Shown here in pieces: positions 19,607 to 30,025 of a DNA stretch of 64,000 bases. Positions within the stretch are counted from its first letter, which is position 1. Every line of letters begins with the position of its first letter. A program made the translations under genes and the position numbers. The stretch is from positions 186,001-250,000 of the IMG/VR virus record IMGVR_UViG_3300033995_001164. One strand, given 5' to 3'. The notes under the pieces were generated by a model. It did not search any database. It saw only the letters and a list, made by a program, of their open reading frames with translations, and had not been told where the DNA came from.

Positions 19607-21364
19607 TTACCCGCCAAATAACCACCCGTATTTTTGATAGTCTTCTCTCGTTGACCCCTGATTCATTGGATGTTGTCTACCCATTTGAGGCACCATCGGG
19701 TTAAAGAATTCTGAGGAGTTTTTATTTTCAGTCACAGCTGTCGACCAAGAGTTTAACATTGCTCTTGTGTGATTAGTAACTTTTTCTAGTGATTGGAATG
19801 ATTTCTCAGCAACATATATTGCCATAGCAATACTCATTATACAATCATCGTGATGCATTTTTTGGTGGTCAGGTCGTCCATTAATATAAACAAATGTGTT
19901 CATTTCATTATACAAACGACTCGAATAAATTCTAAACTTATGTCTCATCGCTTCTTCAAACGAGGCTATAATTTGAACCCTTTTTGAGTTAAAGTTAATT
20001 CCCGGGATTTTTTCATTTATTTTTGGGTCGTATTTCCATTTATTGGTCATATCAACACCATCAACATATAATCCACCTTGGTAATTCATTTCTTGGAGTT
20101 TTCTTGCGGTTGCAACTCCCATACCACCAGTTAAATCAACAACACAAAAGGCGCTATACATGGTTCCCCATTTATAAGCTATTTCTGCCAATACATCTGG
20201 TGGAATTTTTCCAACATATTCCAATACTTGTTCACGGGCGTCAAAATCAATTATTTCAATACTTGAGAAATCTTCGGAATCTCCTCGAGATACATCAACA
20301 CCCATTACATATTTATGACCATTTTCCGGTTCTTTCCATATCCAAAGACCTCCACCCATCATTTTAGCCTGCGGGTCTTTAACTTGGTTTTTAGAAATAT
20401 CTTGCATCATATCCGAATCAAATACATTATCTCCGGAACCTAAAAAGTTACATTCTAACTCTTGTGCAACTTTACGTCTATCATATTTTAATTTCTTAAC
20501 CATCCCTTCAAACCATGATGAACATGGTTTATACCCTTGTTCTATATAGTTTGTCACTATTGAATGGTCTCTTTCAAATGGGTTAGGCGTTGATAGGTTA
20601 ATTACAACCTCATCAAGATTATATTCTTCACGATTTAATAAGAAATGGACTAAGTCATTTGTTTTCACCATATATAAATCTTTTGTATATCGTGGGTCAC
20701 GATGCCAAAACATTTCAGTCACTTTGAAGTCATTCATACCTCTAAGTGATTGGTCATAAATTTCATAGTAGATTGGGTCGTATCCGTTAGGTGTGGAAAC
20801 AACTATAACCTTACCCCCTGTGGATAAGGATGCCATACAAGCAGCCCAAAAATCTCCATCCGCCTCAATATAAGCCGCCTCATCAAATATCAGAATAGTT
20901 GGGGTATAACCCCTAAGAGCATCTCGAGAGGTTGCAACTGCTTTAACTTCACATCCATTAGTTAGTTTAAAGTGACGTTGAGCATTTTTTTCTTGAGAGA
21001 ATCCAACACCAACCCACGCGGGCCATTGTTCAGTAAACCCTCTAACTTTATTAGCCATCTCCACCGCAGTATCTAACTTGTTGGCAATGATTAATATTTT
21101 TTCAGGTTTAGTTTTTTTTGCAAAGGCCAATTTTTTTGATGCCCAAGCGGCAGTTACGGTCGATACACCCGCTTGTCGATACTTTAGTGCAACATTTTCA
21201 TTGTGATTATCATAATCCTCAATAAGTGTAATTTGGTCGGGGAATAGGTCTAACGGTACGTATTTTGAGACCGTATTATCGTATGTCTGTAAATAAGTAC
21301 GAAGTGCGTAGGGAGTATTCCTCATGCACTTCGTTACTTCAATAATTAATTGTTCTTTATTCAA
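19607..21364 (-). CDS. gp17: Terminase large subunit, T4 gp17 family
   Basis: KYRQAGVST (Walker A), ILIFDEAAYI (Walker B), STPNG, GVDVSRGDSEDFS nuclease motif. Confidence 0.93.
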   Translation of the reverse strand: MNKEQLIIEVTKCMRNTPYALRTYLQTYDNTVSKYVPLDLFPDQITLIEDYDNHNENVALKYRQAGVSTVTAAWASKKLAFAKKTKPEKILIIANKLDTAVEMANKVRGFTEQWPAWVGVGFSQEKNAQRHFKLTNGCEVKAVATSRDALRGYTPTILIFDEAAYIEADGDFWAACMASLSTGGKVIVVSTPNGYDPIYYEIYDQSLRGMNDFKVTEMFWHRDPRYTKDLYMVKTNDLVHFLLNREEYNLDEVVINLSTPNPFERDHSIVTNYIEQGYKPCSSWFEGMVKKLKYDRRKVAQELECNFLGSGDNVFDSDMMQDISKNQVKDPQAKMMGGGLWIWKEPENGHKYVMGVDVSRGDSEDFSSIEIIDFDAREQVLEYVGKIPPDVLAEIAYKWGTMYSAFCVVDLTGGMGVATARKLQEMNYQGGLYVDGVDMTNKWKYDPKINEKIPGINFNSKRVQIIASFEEAMRHKFRIYSSRLYNEMNTFVYINGRPDHQKMHHDDCIMSIAMAIYVAEKSFQSLEKVTNHTRAMLNSWSTAVTENKNSSEFFNPMVPQMGRQHPMNQGSTREDYQKYGWLFGG

Positions 21365-21378
21365 GAGTTGTTTTTTGG

Positions 21379-22680
21379 TTATTTAGGTCTCGATATACCT
21401 AAACTACCCAAGAAATCATCTAATCCATCGTCGTCATCTTCGTCATCAGATTCAATCCCTTCTTCTTCTTTGTAGTTTTCAAACTCTTCTTTCATTTTAA
21501 TAGCCTCTTTCATGATTTCTTTAAATCTTGAAGTTGCTTTTGATACTTTTGAAGAGTCTTCAGAGATTGCATTTCCAATAATGTCTAAAAATTCTTGAGC
21601 TTCAATTTGGTATAAAACAGTATGAAACCAGTTTATCAAACCTTTATTTTCAGGTTCGTATATATCATCAGGTAAAGCAAACCTAATTCGTTCAACAATT
21701 TCAGGACCGATTCTTAGTTGCATTGGTTCATTACTCAATACATCTGTTTGTCCCATAACTTTTTGAGCCATTTCAGGGTCTTTTGGTAATCCATGTCTAC
21801 CTTTGGCTTCTTCTAAACCTTTAATAATTTCATGACATAAAATAGGGAAAATCATACCAAATGCTTTGATTACAGTATCAGGAGTTTCTTCCCCTTCTTC
21901 TCCTTCTTCACCATCTTCATCATCATTACTACCTAACTCAACTTTACCTGCAACTCCTTGACCTGTTTGACTCATCATTTCAATCATTTGTTCCATACTA
22001 AAATATAGGAAGTCATTAATTGCCATAATCCCTAAATAATCTCTATAAAGAGATGGGTCAATTTCATCAAGTCTTGCCTTAATATCCGGTTTTTGGAACA
22101 TATAATGTCCTTTCTTTGCGGCACCTTGAATAATTGCGTTGATGATATTTCTTTTATGTTTTTCTAATTCAAAAATTTCATCCTTAGTTAAATCCTCAAC
22201 CTCAAAAGATGGGATTTCAATTCCTTCTTCTTTTTCTTCTTCATCCTCCTCTTCCTCTTCAGGTTTCATTCTAAAGTTTGAAGTATCTATTGGTTCTCGA
22301 TTTAAATAAGCTTCAATTTTATACCAATCATCAGGAACTTCAGATTCTTCTAAAGATGCATCAATAGCCAATTGTTCTAACTCGTCTCTATGAGCGGCCT
22401 CAATTCTCATGATGTTTGGTAATTTTCTCATCATTTCTTGGTATATCATACCTTGAGTTTGTTGAGAACTTAAATTTTCAATACCTGTAACTTCACTTAA
22501 TTTTTCCGCAACTTTTTGGAAACGATTACTAATTAATCTTTGAACATCACCTTCTTTCTTTTTCATTGCAGGATTCTGAGCGTATAACCCCTCAGGACTT
22601 GCAAGTTTTCTTTCCAAATTTGGGTCCATTCTTTCAGGTCTATTCCCGTAATCTAATTGTTCTTTAATTTTCTTTGCCAT
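21379..22680 (-). CDS. Hypothetical acidic head-region protein
   Basis: 433-aa ORF in operon with terminase; starts MAKKIKEQ. Confidence 0.6.
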   Translation of the reverse strand: MAKKIKEQLDYGNRPERMDPNLERKLASPEGLYAQNPAMKKKEGDVQRLISNRFQKVAEKLSEVTGIENLSSQQTQGMIYQEMMRKLPNIMRIEAAHRDELEQLAIDASLEESEVPDDWYKIEAYLNREPIDTSNFRMKPEEEEEDEEEKEEGIEIPSFEVEDLTKDEIFELEKHKRNIINAIIQGAAKKGHYMFQKPDIKARLDEIDPSLYRDYLGIMAINDFLYFSMEQMIEMMSQTGQGVAGKVELGSNDDEDGEEGEEGEETPDTVIKAFGMIFPILCHEIIKGLEEAKGRHGLPKDPEMAQKVMGQTDVLSNEPMQLRIGPEIVERIRFALPDDIYEPENKGLINWFHTVLYQIEAQEFLDIIGNAISEDSSKVSKATSRFKEIMKEAIKMKEEFENYKEEEGIESDDEDDDDGLDDFLGSLGISRPK

Positions 22681-22682
22681 TA

Positions 22683-23519
22683 TTATTTTTCTAAGATTTG
22701 CATAATTACATCCATGATTTTATCTTTAGCTTCTTCCGGAGAAGGTCTATTAGCCTTTGGGGCTGGATTAACACCAGGGTTTGGATTTTTACCCGGATGA
22801 CTTGGTCTTGTTCCCGGTTTTGTTGTCGGTTTCACTCTTGTTGGTGCAACTTCAGTATCTCCTTTAGCTTTTGGGGCTGGATTAACACCAGGGTTTGGAT
22901 TTTTACCCGGATGACTTGGTCTTGTTCCCGGTTTTGTTGTCGGTTTCACTCTTGTTGGTGCAGGTGCCGTTTCGGCCTCTGTAAGATATTTAACAAGTTC
23001 ACCTTTAGTAATTCTTGGAGGTAAATTTCTCTCTACTATTTTCATAATTTCATTTTCAAGGAACAAAGATACAACATTTTTTCCTTCCCCCAACTGTTTT
23101 TTTACAGATTGTACACATCTTTCAAATTTTCTTGTTTTTTTTGGACCAACTTGTGCATGACAAATAGCCCATGGGTTTGATTTTCCTGTTTTTTCAGTTT
23201 CAAAAATACCCATTCCATCGTCGGTCGCATCAGGGTCTTTAGTGACATTAAGAGTTTCATCTTCTTCAATTTCCCCTTCCGCTGCAACCGCAATTGTTTT
23301 TTTAGTGACAGGGTCTGTTTTAACAGCGTAACCTTTAGGTGCTGAAGGTAAGCTCCCCCCTTGAGGTCCTATCTCGTATTTTGTAGTTTGTTTTTGAACT
23401 ACTTGTTCATTCACAAGCTTACTGTGTAACACATTAATTTGAGATTCAGTTAAATTACTGACAGTTTTTGACGATAGTCCTTTTTCAATAAGCTCTAATG
23501 CTTTCGTATTAATTTTCAT
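22683..23519 (-). CDS. Leader-bearing protein with Pro/Thr-rich repeats
   Basis: Likely start MKINTK at 23519; LTESQINVLHSKLVNEQ leader; NPWAICH...FERCV segment. Confidence 0.55.
   Translation of the reverse strand: MKINTKALELIEKGLSSKTVSNLTESQINVLHSKLVNEQVVQKQTTKYEIGPQGGSLPSAPKGYAVKTDPVTKKTIAVAAEGEIEEDETLNVTKDPDATDDGMGIFETEKTGKSNPWAICHAQVGPKKTRKFERCVQSVKKQLGEGKNVVSLFLENEIMKIVERNLPPRITKGELVKYLTEAETAPAPTRVKPTTKPGTRPSHPGKNPNPGVNPAPKAKGDTEVAPTRVKPTTKPGTRPSHPGKNPNPGVNPAPKANRPSPEEAKDKIMDVIMQILEK
22756..22962. repeat. Direct repeat, 93 nt identical, period 114 nt (38 aa)
   Basis: 22756-22848 equals 22870-22962; encodes APTRVKPTTKPGTRPSHPGKNPNPGVNPAPKA twice. Confidence 0.9.
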
Positions 23520-23904
23520 AAATAACTTTCTTTTCAAATTCTAATAACAAATCTTTTTCATAAAGTTTGTCTTTTATTTCTTGTTCCGGAGTTCCGAATC
23601 TAAATACCATTCTTTTTTTGATATTATCATCGTCCGATTCCCAGGCTAATGCGATAACATCATCCATTGCATCTGTTATGGAAAAAAAATCGGAGTTTTG
23701 AATCAATTCCAATTTTACATCAGTATCTCTCAAAACTCCTACTTTTTTAATATATTTTAAATCAGGTGGTTGAGGGTATCCATTAGATGGACGATTGTCC
23801 CACGATTCGCCCCACACATCCAAATTATTAGAAAATATGAATTCGTAAAGATTGTCTCCTTTATAATTAGGACCTAAACCATTTACGTAAATCAAATAGC
23901 TCAT
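23509..23904 (-). CDS. Hypothetical protein
   Basis: 131-aa ORF translationally coupled to neighbours. Confidence 0.6.
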   Translation of the reverse strand: MSYLIYVNGLGPNYKGDNLYEFIFSNNLDVWGESWDNRPSNGYPQPPDLKYIKKVGVLRDTDVKLELIQNSDFFSITDAMDDVIALAWESDDDNIKKRMVFRFGTPEQEIKDKLYEKDLLLEFEKKVIYEN

Positions 23905-25409
23905 GATAATAACCCTTCAGGTGTGATTTTAATTTCTTTTCCTTTATTTTCAAAAATTAAATTATTTTTGTTTGTTTTCCCAATAATTTTAGCTGATGAA
24001 TTTTCTTCTAAAAATTTTTGAGAAGCTAATTCTTGTTCAATAGTTTCTGTTAATTTAATAACCGATTTCATTTGTCTTCTAACATCAGTAATTGATTTTG
24101 TTTTTTTCGATGCAGTTTTCTGTCTATTTTCAACAATTTCTTTTTTAGAAACTTCAAAATATCTTGACAATACTTTATCTACTTTGGATTCTCCAAAGAT
24201 ACTATCAAAGATTGCCCCATTACCTAAACTAGGTTTTTTAGTTCTAACTTTGAATGGTTTTCCCCCTGATAATTGTTTATATCTATTAAACCATTTTTCA
24301 CCTTGGTCTCCATTTCCAAACCATCTAGTATCACCGTGTTTTTCTTTAAATGAAGGAAAATCATGAACTTCTTCTTCATCATAATCAAAGTCAAAATCAC
24401 CACTATAGTTAACATCATCATTGTCATACCAATTCTCATCATCAAATGAACCAAATTTATTGCCTTTACTTGACTTACGAGTATATGGTTCACTTATTTC
24501 ATCAGAATTTATATCAACACCATCATAGAAAAACTCATCCAATTCACCTTCCATTGGAATGTCCATGTCAGATTGAATATCTTCAACTTCACTATCATCA
24601 GTGAAATCCTCACCATCCATGTCATCTCCACCTAAATCTTCAGTTTCATCTTCAAATTTAGATAAAATATCTTCTCTATCTTCTTCACTTAATTCACTTA
24701 AATCAAATGAAGATAGTACCATATTGATAACATATTTAATATTCTCAGAAGTCAAACCTTCCTCACTTTCTAATGTTCTGATTTTTTGAGTTAATTTACC
24801 TGTTAACTTTTGGATTGTTTTAAAAGTTACTTGTCCGTTAGAACCACCCTCATCTTCAATATCCGTATCAACATTAGTATCGATTTCAGTGTCTATACCC
24901 ATATCATCTTCCATACCCATATCATCTTCCATACCTATATCATCCATTGGGGATGGAGGTAATTCCGGTGTCGGAACCGATGGTGGTGCAGAAGGGGTTT
25001 CAGCAGGTGACGGCATATCCATTTGAGGTTTTGGGGTTTTCAAGGTGAATTTTTTTTGTTCACCATAAAGAGACAAACCTTCTTCATTTTCATTAAGTCG
25101 ATTTAACTCACCCGCAACAAGATTTAACCTTTTGAATGCTTGAGAATATGAAGAATAGTATTTTCTATTTTTCATCGGCTCAATATAATCAGTTTCAGAT
25201 TCTGAAATTGTTTTTTTAATAATATACCCTTGTCTCTCTTTAACAATTTCATATTTATTACCATCTGCAAGACCAATAGAATATTCTGATTTCGCAGTTT
25301 CATTTATACGGTTTGGTATTACTTCGTTAAAACGAGCAATTTCCATTATTCTTTTTAGTTTTTGGTCCCCTGTTAGTTTTTCACTACCAATTGGTTTTAA
25401 ATTTCCCAT
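23901..25409 (-). CDS. Hypothetical acidic virion protein
   Basis: 502-aa ORF with D/E-rich and Pro-rich tracts, inside the head operon. Confidence 0.6.
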   Translation of the reverse strand: MGNLKPIGSEKLTGDQKLKRIMEIARFNEVIPNRINETAKSEYSIGLADGNKYEIVKERQGYIIKKTISESETDYIEPMKNRKYYSSYSQAFKRLNLVAGELNRLNENEEGLSLYGEQKKFTLKTPKPQMDMPSPAETPSAPPSVPTPELPPSPMDDIGMEDDMGMEDDMGIDTEIDTNVDTDIEDEGGSNGQVTFKTIQKLTGKLTQKIRTLESEEGLTSENIKYVINMVLSSFDLSELSEEDREDILSKFEDETEDLGGDDMDGEDFTDDSEVEDIQSDMDIPMEGELDEFFYDGVDINSDEISEPYTRKSSKGNKFGSFDDENWYDNDDVNYSGDFDFDYDEEEVHDFPSFKEKHGDTRWFGNGDQGEKWFNRYKQLSGGKPFKVRTKKPSLGNGAIFDSIFGESKVDKVLSRYFEVSKKEIVENRQKTASKKTKSITDVRRQMKSVIKLTETIEQELASQKFLEENSSAKIIGKTNKNNLIFENKGKEIKITPEGLLS

Positions 25410-25432
25410 CGTATATTAATTTGTTTTTGTTT

Positions 25433-25639
25433 TTAATTATTTAGTCCGTTAAAACCTCCAAGAGCGATTGCACTCAAATCGGTTACGGTATTCCCTGTAA
25501 GACCTGTTGATGTCGACATAGCAACTGGATGTGGTGCAACTCCATTTGCTGGCCCTCCAACATTAATAGACCCGCCACTAAAATTACCTAATATACCAAC
25601 TGAGTACTCATATTGAGAATTAACACTAATTTCCGCCAT
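25433..25639 (-). CDS. Small Gly-rich hypothetical protein
   Basis: 68 aa; TATTTATA motif about 12 nt upstream. Confidence 0.55.
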   Translation of the reverse strand: MAEISVNSQYEYSVGILGNFSGGSINVGGPANGVAPHPVAMSTSTGLTGNTVTDLSAIALGGFNGLNN

Positions 25640-25692
25640 TTTTTTTTTATTTATAAATATATGAATATTAACAATTATTGAAAATTTAGTAC

Positions 25693-26424
25693 CTAATCCT
25701 CAATTTTTCTTTCAATAGATAGTTTTTTATCTGTCCCTTTATTAATCGAATCGAATAATTTTTTAACATGTCCTGACCTTCTTAGGTATTTAAACACTAA
25801 ATTTTCGTAAGATAGTTCTCCGCCATCATCCAATCCTGATTGACGATATTTTTTTAATTTATCTTTAATTGATTCAAGAATTTTAATGTCCCCATTCTCA
25901 ACGGAAGTATCAATTTTCTCAGTCCAATTTTTGATTTTATCTTCAAGAGCTTTTTTATTTATTTCTAAATTTGTTTTTTTTGGAACATTAATCCATTCAT
26001 TATTCATAATAGAGTATACTCCTGAACTAATATGGGGTTCTTCGGCGTCTTGAGCATATAATTCCACATCATAACCAAAGATTTTAATGTTATGATTTAT
26101 ATTAAAAAGTTGTTTTTTTAAATTGAAAAGTTCTTTGTATAATTCATCCTCGTCTCCGTATTCATCCATATCCACAATAACATGTAAATCAAAATCTGAA
26201 AATTCAGACCAATTAAAATTTGATAATGAACCGGTTAGAACGACATCTTCAACAAATACATTATCACCCAAATAATCTACAAACTCTTCGGCGATACGCT
26301 CAAGGGCTTCTTTAACCTTAGGAATCATAGTCGCCTTCTTCGGGTTATCCGGATTTTCCCATACTTTTGGGTTAAGGGTTTCTTTAATAGAAAAACTATT
26401 AAGTATTTGTTGGAATTTACTCAT
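25693..26424 (-). CDS. Nucleotidyltransferase, Pol-beta superfamily
   Basis: LTGSLSNFNWSEFSDFDLHVIVD (GS...DxD) and third acidic residue in YDVELYAQD. Confidence 0.8.
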   Translation of the reverse strand: MSKFQQILNSFSIKETLNPKVWENPDNPKKATMIPKVKEALERIAEEFVDYLGDNVFVEDVVLTGSLSNFNWSEFSDFDLHVIVDMDEYGDEDELYKELFNLKKQLFNINHNIKIFGYDVELYAQDAEEPHISSGVYSIMNNEWINVPKKTNLEINKKALEDKIKNWTEKIDTSVENGDIKILESIKDKLKKYRQSGLDDGGELSYENLVFKYLRRSGHVKKLFDSINKGTDKKLSIERKIED

Positions 26425-26435
26425 TATTATAAATA

Positions 26436-26678
26436 CTACGCTTTCTTATACTTGTAGGCTTTTGATATTTCTGTTACAAAAAATTTTCCTTGGGATTCTG
26501 CAGCCCTAAATTTAGTGTATGTTTGGTGTGGAACTTCATCATACTCATACTTCAATCCATTGTTAAATTCAACAACTAATTTTTTTGTTTCAGTATCGTA
26601 TTCTGTTCTTTTAATGTTTGACGATTTAATTTCATTAATAATCTTCGTCCCCTTGATTTCCTCTCTCGTAATCCCCAT
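26436..26678 (-). CDS. KTSC domain protein
   Basis: SSNIKRTEYD...LVVEFNNGLKYEYDEVP..TY..F..AESQGKFF. Confidence 0.9.
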   Translation of the reverse strand: MGITREEIKGTKIINEIKSSNIKRTEYDTETKKLVVEFNNGLKYEYDEVPHQTYTKFRAAESQGKFFVTEISKAYKYKKA

Positions 26679-26967
26679 CGCTTAGTGGTGTTAGTTCGTT
26701 TATGTTTTGTAATATAGGTGTTAAATAACTAGTGAAGTCATTCCAATCTACATCAAAACCTAAGTCTTTTACCTGTTGAAATAAAGCTTTTTGTTCATCA
26801 CCAAAATTATGATATAATTTCATTAAACGATTTTCGTAATACGGTGGTTTTTCTAAATCTTTTTCACTCCATCCTTGAGATTGAAAATATTGTCTAATTT
26901 CAAGATATAATTCACTTAATCGTTGTAAACCAACGCTACTATTTAAAAATTTTTCAAATGGTTTCAT
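26635..26967 (-). CDS. Hypothetical protein
   Basis: Likely start MKPFEKFL at 26967; late-type motif upstream. Confidence 0.5.
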   Translation of the reverse strand: MKPFEKFLNSSVGLQRLSELYLEIRQYFQSQGWSEKDLEKPPYYENRLMKLYHNFGDEQKALFQQVKDLGFDVDWNDFTSYLTPILQNINELTPLSDGDYERGNQGDEDY

Positions 26968-27027
26968 ATTAATAAATATGGTGTATATTAGAATAAGAAA
27001 CCCCACCGGTGAGGGTGGGGTTTGATT

Positions 27028-27408
27028 TTAAAGTTTTAATTTTTTTAATTCATCACGAATTTCAATTGACCGTTCAAAGTTATGGTCTTTAATTGATTGT
27101 TTTAATTCTTCTTCAAGTTTAGAGATAGATTCTTGATTAGTTTCCATTTTTCTGATTTGGTCTCTAATCTCAACCGCTTTCTCAAAGTCTTCATTTTCGA
27201 TTGCCAACTCAAGTTGTCGTTTTAAACCATTACTACCTTTAGGTGTTTTTGGTTCTGAACTTCTATAGAATGAAGTCACTTTTATCGTACCATCTTCAGA
27301 TACTCTTGTTTCTGATTTCCATTCCCCTAACTGAGAAGAATCAAACTGAGAGAACATATTATCAAATTCTCTCAAAATGTCATTAAAATTTTTTCTGTTT
27401 CCAAACAT
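27028..27408 (-). CDS. Protein with two UvrB/UvrC (UVR) motifs
   Basis: LELAIENEDFEKAVEIRDQI and LKQSIKDHNFERSIEIRDEL. Confidence 0.85.
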   Translation of the reverse strand: MFGNRKNFNDILREFDNMFSQFDSSQLGEWKSETRVSEDGTIKVTSFYRSSEPKTPKGSNGLKRQLELAIENEDFEKAVEIRDQIRKMETNQESISKLEEELKQSIKDHNFERSIEIRDELKKLKL

Positions 27409-27578
27409 AATTTTATTTTTTAATTCAAATTTATTTTATACCTTTGTATTATTCAAATAATATACCAAACCAAAAAATATGTCAATATGTCAGGTTAAAA
27501 AAAACTTACTGACAATTTGTCTAAAAATTAGGATAAGAATAAAATTTGATACACCTTTGTAAAATAAAATTAGAAACT

Positions 27579-29594
27579 ATGAACGACTTAATGGACGACA
27601 ACGACAAATCAGGGAACAAAGCACAAAAACAAGCTATGGATACAAACACACCTGTATTAGACAACTTCAGTAGAGATTTAAATAAACTAGCTGAGGCGGG
27701 TAAATTAGACCCGGTTATTGGTAGAGATGCCGAGATTTTGAGAATCGCACAAATCCTTTCTCGTAGAAAAAAGAATAACCCTATTATCATAGGTGAACCC
27801 GGATGTGGTAAAACCGCATTGGTTGAAGGTTTGGCTATGAAAATTGTGAGTGGAGAATGTCCAAGAAACTTAGTGGACAAAAGAATCGTGAACCTTGATT
27901 TAACTTCAGTTGTTGCTGGTACAAAGTATCGTGGACAATTTGAGGAAAGAATGAAAGTGATTATCGAGGAACTTAGTGCTAATCCAAATATCATTGTGTT
28001 TATCGATGAGATTCACACATTGGTTGGTTCCGGTAATTCTTCAGGTTCAATGGATGGTTCAAACATCTTCAAACCGGCACTTGCCCGTGGAGAGGTTCAA
28101 TGTATTGGTGCGACAACTCTTGATGAGTTCCGTAAGAACATTGAGAAAGACGGAGCCTTGGAAAGAAGATTCCAAAAAGTAATTGTGGAGCCATCCACAG
28201 TTGAAGAAACAATCGAAATCCTTAAGAATGTTCGTGATAAATACGAATCATACCACAAAGTGTTGTATAGTGACGAAGTTGTGGAAACTTGTGTTAAGTT
28301 GGCTGACCGTTACATCACCGACCGTGAGTTCCCGGATAAAGCATTTGACATCTTAGATGAGGTTGGTGCTCGTATGCAAACCGAGATTAAAGTTCCTGAT
28401 GTTATTGAGGAATTAAAAAAGAAAGCCGCTGAGATTAAGATTGAAAAAATGGAAGTGGTTAAAAAACAAAACTACGAACAAGCAGCACAACTTAGAGATA
28501 AGGAGAAAAAGTTATTGATTAAACTTGAGGCGGAAAAAGATAAGTTTGCAAAACAAATGGATTTGGAGAAACAAACTATTGTTCTTGAAACCGTATATCA
28601 AGTTGTGTCAAGTATGACTAAAATCCCTGTGAGTAAAATGGATGCTGATGATTCCAAAGCGTTGATGAATTTAGATAAATCAATCATGGGTAAAGTGATT
28701 GGTCAGGATGCTGCTGTTGTTAAGATTGCAAAATCAATCAAGAGAAACCGTTTGGGTATCAAAGACCCTAACAGACCTATTGGTTCATTTATTTTCTTAG
28801 GTTCAACCGGTGTTGGTAAAACTCACTTGGCCAAACAATTAGCTAAAGAGATGTTTGGAACAGAAGATTCACTTATCCGTGTGGATATGTCAGAATACCA
28901 AGAGAAACACACCATCTCTAAATTGGTTGGAGCACCTCCGGGATATGTTGGTTACGAAGAAGGAGGTTTATTAACTGAGAAAGTTAAAAACAAACCATAT
29001 TCTGTAATCTTATTTGATGAGGTTGAAAAAGCTCACAAAGATGTTTTCACGGTATTACTTCAAATATTAGATGATGGACACGTAACCGATAGTTTAGGTA
29101 GAAAGATTAACTTCAAGAATACCTTAATCATCCTTACATCTAACTTAGGTGTTAAGAAATTACAAGACTTCGGTACTGGTATTGGATTCTCTAATAACTC
29201 TTACGCCGACGAAGAAGCTAAGAAAGAAATCTTGATGAAAGAGATGAAGAATTTCTTTTCTCCTGAGTTCATTAACCGTATTGATGACACTATTGTCTTT
29301 AATTCATTAACTCCTGAAGATATCGATAAAATCACCGATATTGAGTTAAAGAAATTAATGACTCGTCTTGGTGAGATGAAATACACCGTAACCTACGATG
29401 ATGAGGTTGTTAAATACCTATCTAAAATTGGATACGATGAAGTATATGGTGCAAGACCATTGAAGAGAGCAATCCAAGACAAAATTGAGGATTTGTTATC
29501 CGAAGAAGTATTAACCGGTAAAATGGTTGAGGGTAAATCCTACCAAATCAAAATGAAGGGTGAGGACATCACAATTCAGAAAAAAGGAAAATAA
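27579..29594 (+). CDS. clpC: ClpC-type AAA+ unfoldase lacking the N-terminal Clp-repeat domain
   Basis: GEPGCGKT/DEIH and GSTGVGKT/DEVEK ATPase modules, single UVR M-domain, TGIGF ClpP-docking loop. Confidence 0.9.
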   Translation: MNDLMDDNDKSGNKAQKQAMDTNTPVLDNFSRDLNKLAEAGKLDPVIGRDAEILRIAQILSRRKKNNPIIIGEPGCGKTALVEGLAMKIVSGECPRNLVDKRIVNLDLTSVVAGTKYRGQFEERMKVIIEELSANPNIIVFIDEIHTLVGSGNSSGSMDGSNIFKPALARGEVQCIGATTLDEFRKNIEKDGALERRFQKVIVEPSTVEETIEILKNVRDKYESYHKVLYSDEVVETCVKLADRYITDREFPDKAFDILDEVGARMQTEIKVPDVIEELKKKAAEIKIEKMEVVKKQNYEQAAQLRDKEKKLLIKLEAEKDKFAKQMDLEKQTIVLETVYQVVSSMTKIPVSKMDADDSKALMNLDKSIMGKVIGQDAAVVKIAKSIKRNRLGIKDPNRPIGSFIFLGSTGVGKTHLAKQLAKEMFGTEDSLIRVDMSEYQEKHTISKLVGAPPGYVGYEEGGLLTEKVKNKPYSVILFDEVEKAHKDVFTVLLQILDDGHVTDSLGRKINFKNTLIILTSNLGVKKLQDFGTGIGFSNNSYADEEAKKEILMKEMKNFFSPEFINRIDDTIVFNSLTPEDIDKITDIELKKLMTRLGEMKYTVTYDDEVVKYLSKIGYDEVYGARPLKRAIQDKIEDLLSEEVLTGKMVEGKSYQIKMKGEDITIQKKGK

Positions 29595-29598
29595 TAAG

Positions 29599-29626
29599 AA
29601 AGGGGGATGAAAATCCCCTTTTTTTT
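29599..29626. terminator. Bidirectional terminator
   Basis: AGGGGGAT-GAAA-ATCCCCTT followed by a T tract, between convergent genes. Confidence 0.7.
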
Positions 29627-29632
29627 ATATGG

Positions 29633-29974
29633 TTAATTGTCGGAATATGACTTCCAAATAGTCCTTGTAGTTGATAATGGTTCTATGACAATATCAACAT
29701 CTAAATTATATGAATTTTGGAACCATACTGCAACCATCTCTTTAGTTTCCAACCACGGTTTATTAAACATTTTCATAATGAAAGTTATAATACTATCATC
29801 AAGTCCGAGTCTACCGTATTTTTCATAATATTCCATAACAACATCACCATTTTTCATAAAATAATAAAGGTCAGGATAATCAACAGAAACTTTGTGTTTT
29901 AACCCTCCATATTCATCTTCCAACCACTTGTTGATTAGACTATCAACCCTATTTTCGTTAATTAATATTTTCAT
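29633..29974 (-). CDS. Hypothetical protein with leader-like N-terminus
   Basis: Starts MKILINE; late-type motif upstream. Confidence 0.55.
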   Translation of the reverse strand: MKILINENRVDSLINKWLEDEYGGLKHKVSVDYPDLYYFMKNGDVVMEYYEKYGRLGLDDSIITFIMKMFNKPWLETKEMVAVWFQNSYNLDVDIVIEPLSTTRTIWKSYSDN

Positions 29975-30025
29975 ATTAATAAATACCCTAAAACAAAAAA
30001 GAAACCATTTGGTCTCTTTTATATT

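Noticed and set aside
22756-22962. Direct repeat as a possible CRISPR array
   Set aside because: Two long in-frame coding copies, no spacers and no cas genes.
27579-29594. Calling the chaperone ClpB
   Set aside because: It has a short single-UVR M-domain and an IGF loop, which point to ClpC.
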